Below, one piece after another: positions 57,720 to 61,860 of a stretch of DNA of 61,860 nt. Every line of letters starts with the position of its first letter. Position 1 is the first letter of the stretch. Below the pieces are notes generated by a model that was not told where the DNA came from, searched no databases, and worked only from the letters and a program-made list of their open reading frames with translations. This stretch comes from Coriobacteriaceae bacterium. GTDB lineage: Bacteria; Actinomycetota; Coriobacteriia; Coriobacteriales; UMGS124. Position numbers and translations under genes: made by a program. The stretch covers positions 1-61,860 of the forward strand of contig JAHZHK010000001.1 in assembly GCA_019420325.1 (NCBI GenBank), read 5' to 3'.

Positions 57720-59769
57720 GGCGGCCAGGCGACCCCGTGAGGCAGGCATCGGCTTTTTCTGCGACGAGCAGGGGTCCACGACGGTTGCTTCCGCCGTTGC
57801 AATTCTTGTGTCGCTCGCGCTCGTCTTTTCCCTGGCAAACGTCCAGTGGGCCTCATCGCGTGCGGCCGACGTCCAAGTGGTTGCCGATGCCGGGGCGCTT
57901 GCCGGGGCCAACGTCGTCGCGGCGTACGTCACCATCGCCCAGATACTCGACGCGCTTGTGCTGAGCATGGGCCTTATCGGGCTGCTCACCATGGCGGTCG
58001 GTCTCGTGTTGTCCGCCATTCCCGTGGTCGATGCGGCGGGGCCGCCCGTGCTCAGTGCCGCCTCAAACGTCTTTTCTGCCCGCAGTAAGCTCTCTCGGTC
58101 CTGTGCGGCCGGCCTGCAGAAGCTTGAAAGCGTCGTCCCCTATGCGGTGTTTGCCAATTCTGCAGCTGTTATCAGGACAAATGCGTCTTCCGAGGGTTCC
58201 TATGTCGGCTTTGCGCTGCCCTATCCTGTGCAGGGTTCAAGCGATTTCGGCAATCTTGAGTCCGACGATGCCCAGGCAAGCGCCGAGGAGCTCGAGAAGT
58301 CCGGCGAGCGGGTCGACGAGCTTTCCAAGCAAGCGGCGCAAGACGAGCAAGATGCCGCCGACGCGCTCGAGCGTGCGTGGATGGCGGACTGCGGGGGAGC
58401 AGTGAGCATGCGGGAGCGCGCCTCGACTCTGGCGGGCCTTGCCGGCTCGCAGAACCCCACTTATCCTTCCGCCGCCGGCTGGGACTTCGGCGTTGCCATA
58501 CGCCGCGCCAGCGCCTACTACGCCCAGCGCGCGGCCATTGAGGCCCCCGAGTCCGCAAGCGTCGAGGAACGCGCCCGCTCCCAGGCCCGTCGCGTTTTCT
58601 ATGCGTATGCTTACGAGCAGGTTTCTTCGTCCACTTTTGTGCACAATGCCGACGGCAGCGTCGTGTGTGACCTGCATGCCCTGCCCCGCAACACGGCAGA
58701 GATGCGCGCCACAAGCCTGTACACCCAAGCCGTATGGCCGCTGAGCCGCGAGGGCTCGACGACCCGCATACATGCGTTTGCGGGATGTCCCGGGGCTTCG
58801 GGATCTTCGAGCGGCACAGGTAGCCTGGCCCAGCTCGAAGCGGGCTCTTTCGTCGTGTGCCCCGTCTGCTCCTTCAGTGCCTCGACGCTCGGTCGGGTTC
58901 CTGCCGCTTCGACTTCCATCGACAACGGATTCGAGTATTACTGGAAGATTGTTGTCGATGAATCGCAAGCCTATCAGGCTGCGAAGGAGGCGGCCAACGA
59001 GAAGTTCGAGCTTGCCCGCCAAGAAGGGGAGAGGTCCTCCGAGCTTTTTCGGGATGCGCTTACACAGGTCGCGGCCACGCGCGTCACGCTCAATCCGCCC
59101 GGCGCCAAAGGGTGCGTGTGCGTCTGCGTCGATCCCACTTCCCATGCAAGCCCAGCATCTCTGCTTGCCCTTTTCGACGAAGGCGTCGAGATTCCTTCCC
59201 GCGCCGCCTTGTCGGCAGCAGTTCTTGTCCCCGACAAGGCCCAGAGTGGCAACAACATCCTAGCGAATTTCTTCGACGCGCTCGTAGCTGAGGGCGGCGC
59301 TGGCTCGGGGGTCTCGGGAGTGCTCGACTCGGTGCTCACGGTGTGGGGCAATGTGCTTGTGGCATACGGCAACGGCTATGACGCCTTGTCTGGTGCGATG
59401 AAGACGTCGTTCCAGACGCTCTCGTCATGGGGGATGGGCGGCATCTCGTCGTGGCTCAAGGACGCCCTCACCGACGCCGTCGACCTTTTGGCGATAAAGC
59501 CTGCGGACATGTCGGCCAAGAAGCCGGTGCTTACCAACAGCTCCAACATTCTGAGCGAGGCGGGCGGTGCCTGGTACAGCGCAATTCGCTCGATCGTATC
59601 GTCCATGAGCGGCCAGTCGGGTCCGGTGGGGTTGCTTTCGGAGCTTACCGGCGGCGCCATCTCATATGACGGCCAGGGCAGCATCACGCTCGGACAGCTT
59701 GAGATTCCAGGAACGGGCAACGTGCGCGACCTCACTATCGACTTGTCATGGTTGGCGGGTGCCGCATGA
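57688..59769 (+). CDS. TadG-like large pseudopilin/pilus-associated protein
   Basis: DEQG-STTVASAVAILVSLALVF...AADVQVVADAGALAGA matches the TadG N-terminal (Tad domain) pattern. GTG at 57688 after GGAAGGGGG. Confidence 0.65.
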   Translation: MIGRRYGVAHRAARRPREAGIGFFCDEQGSTTVASAVAILVSLALVFSLANVQWASSRAADVQVVADAGALAGANVVAAYVTIAQILDALVLSMGLIGLLTMAVGLVLSAIPVVDAAGPPVLSAASNVFSARSKLSRSCAAGLQKLESVVPYAVFANSAAVIRTNASSEGSYVGFALPYPVQGSSDFGNLESDDAQASAEELEKSGERVDELSKQAAQDEQDAADALERAWMADCGGAVSMRERASTLAGLAGSQNPTYPSAAGWDFGVAIRRASAYYAQRAAIEAPESASVEERARSQARRVFYAYAYEQVSSSTFVHNADGSVVCDLHALPRNTAEMRATSLYTQAVWPLSREGSTTRIHAFAGCPGASGSSSGTGSLAQLEAGSFVVCPVCSFSASTLGRVPAASTSIDNGFEYYWKIVVDESQAYQAAKEAANEKFELARQEGERSSELFRDALTQVAATRVTLNPPGAKGCVCVCVDPTSHASPASLLALFDEGVEIPSRAALSAAVLVPDKAQSGNNILANFFDALVAEGGAGSGVSGVLDSVLTVWGNVLVAYGNGYDALSGAMKTSFQTLSSWGMGGISSWLKDALTDAVDLLAIKPADMSAKKPVLTNSSNILSEAGGAWYSAIRSIVSSMSGQSGPVGLLSELTGGAISYDGQGSITLGQLEIPGTGNVRDLTIDLSWLAGAA

Positions 59770-60239
59770 GAGCCGCGAGGGTCTTCTCAGATGAGAGCGG
59801 GCAGATGGTGGTGGAGATGGCTGTCGTTGCGCCCGTTATGATCGTCGTGGCCATCATTGCGGTGAACCTCATGTGGTTCATGGAGGCATGTGCACGGTTT
59901 GACCGCTTGGCCCCTGACATTGTGGTGGCGCTTGCGGTATCGCCGGCAGGAGGGGAGGGCGGCACTCAAGAGCATGCCGTGACGCAGGCGCTGCAAGAGG
60001 CGATGTCTGACCTGCGAGGTGTGAGCGTTACGGTCGTCTCCCGTAGCCTGTGGGACGATGTGTCCAGTGGGGCGGGGTTCACCATGGCGCCCCACCTCAC
60101 GCGTTACGAGTGCACGATGCGTTATGAACCCTGGCCTTCGGCCTTCACCGTTGCCGGCGTCGAGGCTGGCATTCCCACCCAGCTTACGCACACAAAGTCA
60201 CTGACTGTCGACCGCTACCGCTCGGGCGTCTTGTTTTGA
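59766..60239 (+). CDS. TadE-like pseudopilin (second copy)
   Basis: DESG-QMVVEMAVVAPVMIVVAIIAV. The ATG at 59766 overlaps the TadG-like stop (ATGA). Confidence 0.6.
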   Translation: MRAARVFSDESGQMVVEMAVVAPVMIVVAIIAVNLMWFMEACARFDRLAPDIVVALAVSPAGGEGGTQEHAVTQALQEAMSDLRGVSVTVVSRSLWDDVSSGAGFTMAPHLTRYECTMRYEPWPSAFTVAGVEAGIPTQLTHTKSLTVDRYRSGVLF

Positions 60240-60646
60240 CGCAGCGCGTGGAGCCGTCGCAACGATTTGCGAGGATGACGATGTTCCCATTTGCCCAGAC
60301 GTCCGCAACCGATCTTGTTGTAGTCGACCTTCCCGACGGTCGCGCTGTGCCGTGCCTGTATGCTCGCTCGTTTTGGGCGCGACTCAAAGGCCTGCTCGGC
60401 AGCGGTCGCGACTGCCTTGGGGGCGGCGTGATCTGTCTTGACCCATGTACCTCGATACACACCTTCGGCATGGCCTACCCCATAGATGTTGCCTTCCTGG
60501 ACGAATGCGGCATCGTTGTTGCGTCGCTCCGAAGGTTGGCGCCGTGCCGCGTGCTTCGTAGCCCCCAAGCGGCGTGCGTGCTGGAGCGCCCCAGTGACGG
60601 TTCCCCATGGCTTGCCGTGGGCGAGACGGTGCGACTGCGCATCTGA
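60236..60646 (+). CDS. DUF192-family protein
   Basis: LDPCTSIHTFGMAYPIDVAFLDECGIVV matches the DUF192 (COG1430) core. Start is 60236 (TTG) or 60275 (ATG). Confidence 0.6.
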   Translation: MTQRVEPSQRFARMTMFPFAQTSATDLVVVDLPDGRAVPCLYARSFWARLKGLLGSGRDCLGGGVICLDPCTSIHTFGMAYPIDVAFLDECGIVVASLRRLAPCRVLRSPQAACVLERPSDGSPWLAVGETVRLRI

Positions 60647-60702
60647 GCCTTTCGGTCATGTACACAAGTTGAACACAACTTGAAATCTTTTCAAAATTGT
60701 TC

Positions 60703-60732
60703 TTGACGCCACCCTATAAACGGACGTATAGT
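60703..60732 (+). promoter_or_regulatory. Sigma-70-like promoter for tRNA-Phe
   Basis: TTGACG (60703-60708), 18-nt spacer, TATAGT (60727-60732), 15 nt before the tRNA 5' end. Confidence 0.45.
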
Positions 60733-60747
60733 TATCCCTGCACTTGC

Positions 60748-60823
<76 letters not shown>

Positions 60824-60835
60824 TGCAAACAACGA

Positions 60836-60866
60836 GGTCGGACGGGTAAAGCCGTTCGGCCTTTTT
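60836..60866 (+). terminator. Rho-independent terminator after tRNA-Phe
   Basis: GGTCGGACGG-gtaaag-CCGTTCGGCC (two G.U pairs) followed by TTTTT. Confidence 0.55.
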
Positions 60867-60995
60867 GCGTTTATGGCTTCATTGAGTTGACCGTCGTGTC
60901 GAAAGTGGCCCTGGGGCAAATCGGAGATTTCCAGCGGGTCTTTGCTGCATGCTTTGGGCAGGGATGTTGCGCTTGCGCATTCATGGCTACGCGCC

Positions 60996-61041
60996 AAAAC
61001 GAAAGCAGGCCGGCCACCTCTTCTTTGGGCGACCGGCCTGC
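60996..61041 (-). terminator. Hairpin plus T-rich tail downstream of tRNA-Leu on the minus strand
   Basis: GCAGGCCGGCC (61005-61015) / GACCGGCCTGC (61031-61041), followed on the minus strand by TTTCGTTTT. Confidence 0.45.
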
Positions 61042-61055
61042 AATCAATCTTGGAA

Positions 61056-61139
61056 TGGTGCCCGAGGTGAGACTCGAACTCACACGTCTTGCGACAAAGG
61101 TTTTTGAGACCTCCGCGTCTGCCATTCCGCCACTCGGGC
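61056..61139 (-). tRNA. tRNA-Leu (anticodon CAA), long variable arm, CCA encoded
   Basis: Reverse complement GCCCGAGTGGCGGAATGGCAGACGCGGAGGTCTCAAAAACCTTTGTCGCAAGACGTGTGAGTTCGAGTCTCACCTCGGGCACCA. Acceptor GCCCGAG/CTCGGGC, anticodon loop CTCAAAA, T arm GTGAG-TTCGAGT-CTCAC. Confidence 0.85.
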
Positions 61140-61270
61140 TTGGTGGCAAAGGATACCACAACGCTGGCCTCGTTGATGAAGCCAAGATGAAGAAATTTAG
61201 GCTCTCAACACGAACGAAACGCATGTACCGTAGTCTTTTGTCGTCAGTCTCACGTCATGAAAGGCATCCC

Positions 61271-61860
61271 ATGGAAAAGAAGCCCTTTGCGACCCTTGCA
61301 CAGGTCAAGGAGATCGCCGCAGACATCCCCACGCCGTTCCACCTTTACGACGAAGCCGGCATTCGCGAGCGCGCCCGTGCCGTCAACGCCGCCTTTGCCT
61401 GGAATCCCGGGTTCAAGGAGCACTTTGCGGTAAAGGCAACGCCCAACCCCACGCTGCTGCGCATCCTGCACGAGGAGGGCTGCGGTGTGGACTGTTCCAG
61501 CTACACCGAGCTTCTGCTTTCCCAAGCCTGCGGCTTTGAGGGCCACGAGATCATGTTCTCCTCCAACGAGACTCCCGCACTCGACATGTACGAGGCGGCA
61601 AAGCTCGGTGCCCTCATCAACCTCGACGACGTCACTATGGTGGACTTCCTCGAGCAGGTGGCCGAAGTGCCCGAGACCGTCTTCTGCCGTTACAACCCCG
61701 GTGGTGTCTACGAGCTGGGCAACGACATCATGGACAACCCGGGTGACTCCAAGTACGGCATGGGCGAGGCCGATATGATCGAGGCCTTCCGTCGCCTGAA
61801 GGCCATGGGTGCCAAGAACTTCGGCATTCACGCGTTCCTCGCCTCCAACACCGTGACCAA
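61271..61860 (+). CDS. Type III PLP-dependent decarboxylase, diaminopimelate decarboxylase-like (5' part, runs off the window)
   Basis: My translation from the ATG at 61271: MEKKPFATLAQVKEIAADIPTPFHLYDEAGIRERA...HFAVKATPNP (PLP lysine context)...CGVDCSS. Not in the track because there is no stop in the window. The antisense ORF 61250..61831 was rejected. Confidence 0.7.
   Translation, partial: MEKKPFATLAQVKEIAADIPTPFHLYDEAGIRERARAVNAAFAWNPGFKEHFAVKATPNPTLLRILHEEGCGVDCSSYTELLLSQACGFEGHEIMFSSNETPALDMYEAAKLGALINLDDVTMVDFLEQVAEVPETVFCRYNPGGVYELGNDIMDNPGDSKYGMGEADMIEAFRRLKAMGAKNFGIHAFLASNTVT

Overview
High-GC bacterial chromosomal window. Most stretches I counted are about 60-70 % G+C. The gene content looks like Actinomycetota/Coriobacteriia, possibly Eggerthellaceae-like, but that is inference only.

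Most of the window is ordinary core metabolism and housekeeping:
- a partial aconitase-family gene, a PatB/MalY C-S lyase, metA, pepF, an HD-GYP protein, a P1B-type ATPase and metG
- an aminotransferase, menG/ubiE plus an amidohydrolase, tatA/B-tatC, hypA-hypB and a type IA topoisomerase
- a nik/opp-like ABC transporter with a fused permease, then MBL hydrolase, CobO, ApbE, HAD, TrkH and rsgA
- tRNA-Phe, tRNA-Leu and a partial lysA-like gene

Two accessory blocks stand out.

(1) About 3.9-18.8 kb, between metA and pepF, is a defence-island-like insertion. It contains an HsdS-HsdM fusion with degenerate catalytic motifs and a DUF4143 AAA ATPase preceded by five exact-period 23-bp tandem repeats. 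It also contains a tightly coupled five-gene operon (8693-18688):
- an adenine DNA methyltransferase split by a (CAAG)13 tetranucleotide tract, phase-variable and OFF in this sequence
- a 1119-aa GIY-YIG plus DEAH helicase
- an unknown protein of about 445 aa
- a ParB/Srx-like protein
- an SNF2 helicase

I cannot map this combination onto a named defence system. It is my main candidate for something undescribed.

(2) About 50.8-60.6 kb is a Gram-positive Tad/Flp pilus locus: cpaB, tadZ, tadA, tadB, tadC, two Flp-like pilins, TadE/TadG pseudopilins and a DUF192 protein. No prepilin peptidase is visible.

No CRISPR array, rRNA, transposase or integrase was seen. Many long ORFs in the track are antisense or out-of-frame artefacts of the high GC content and were ignored.
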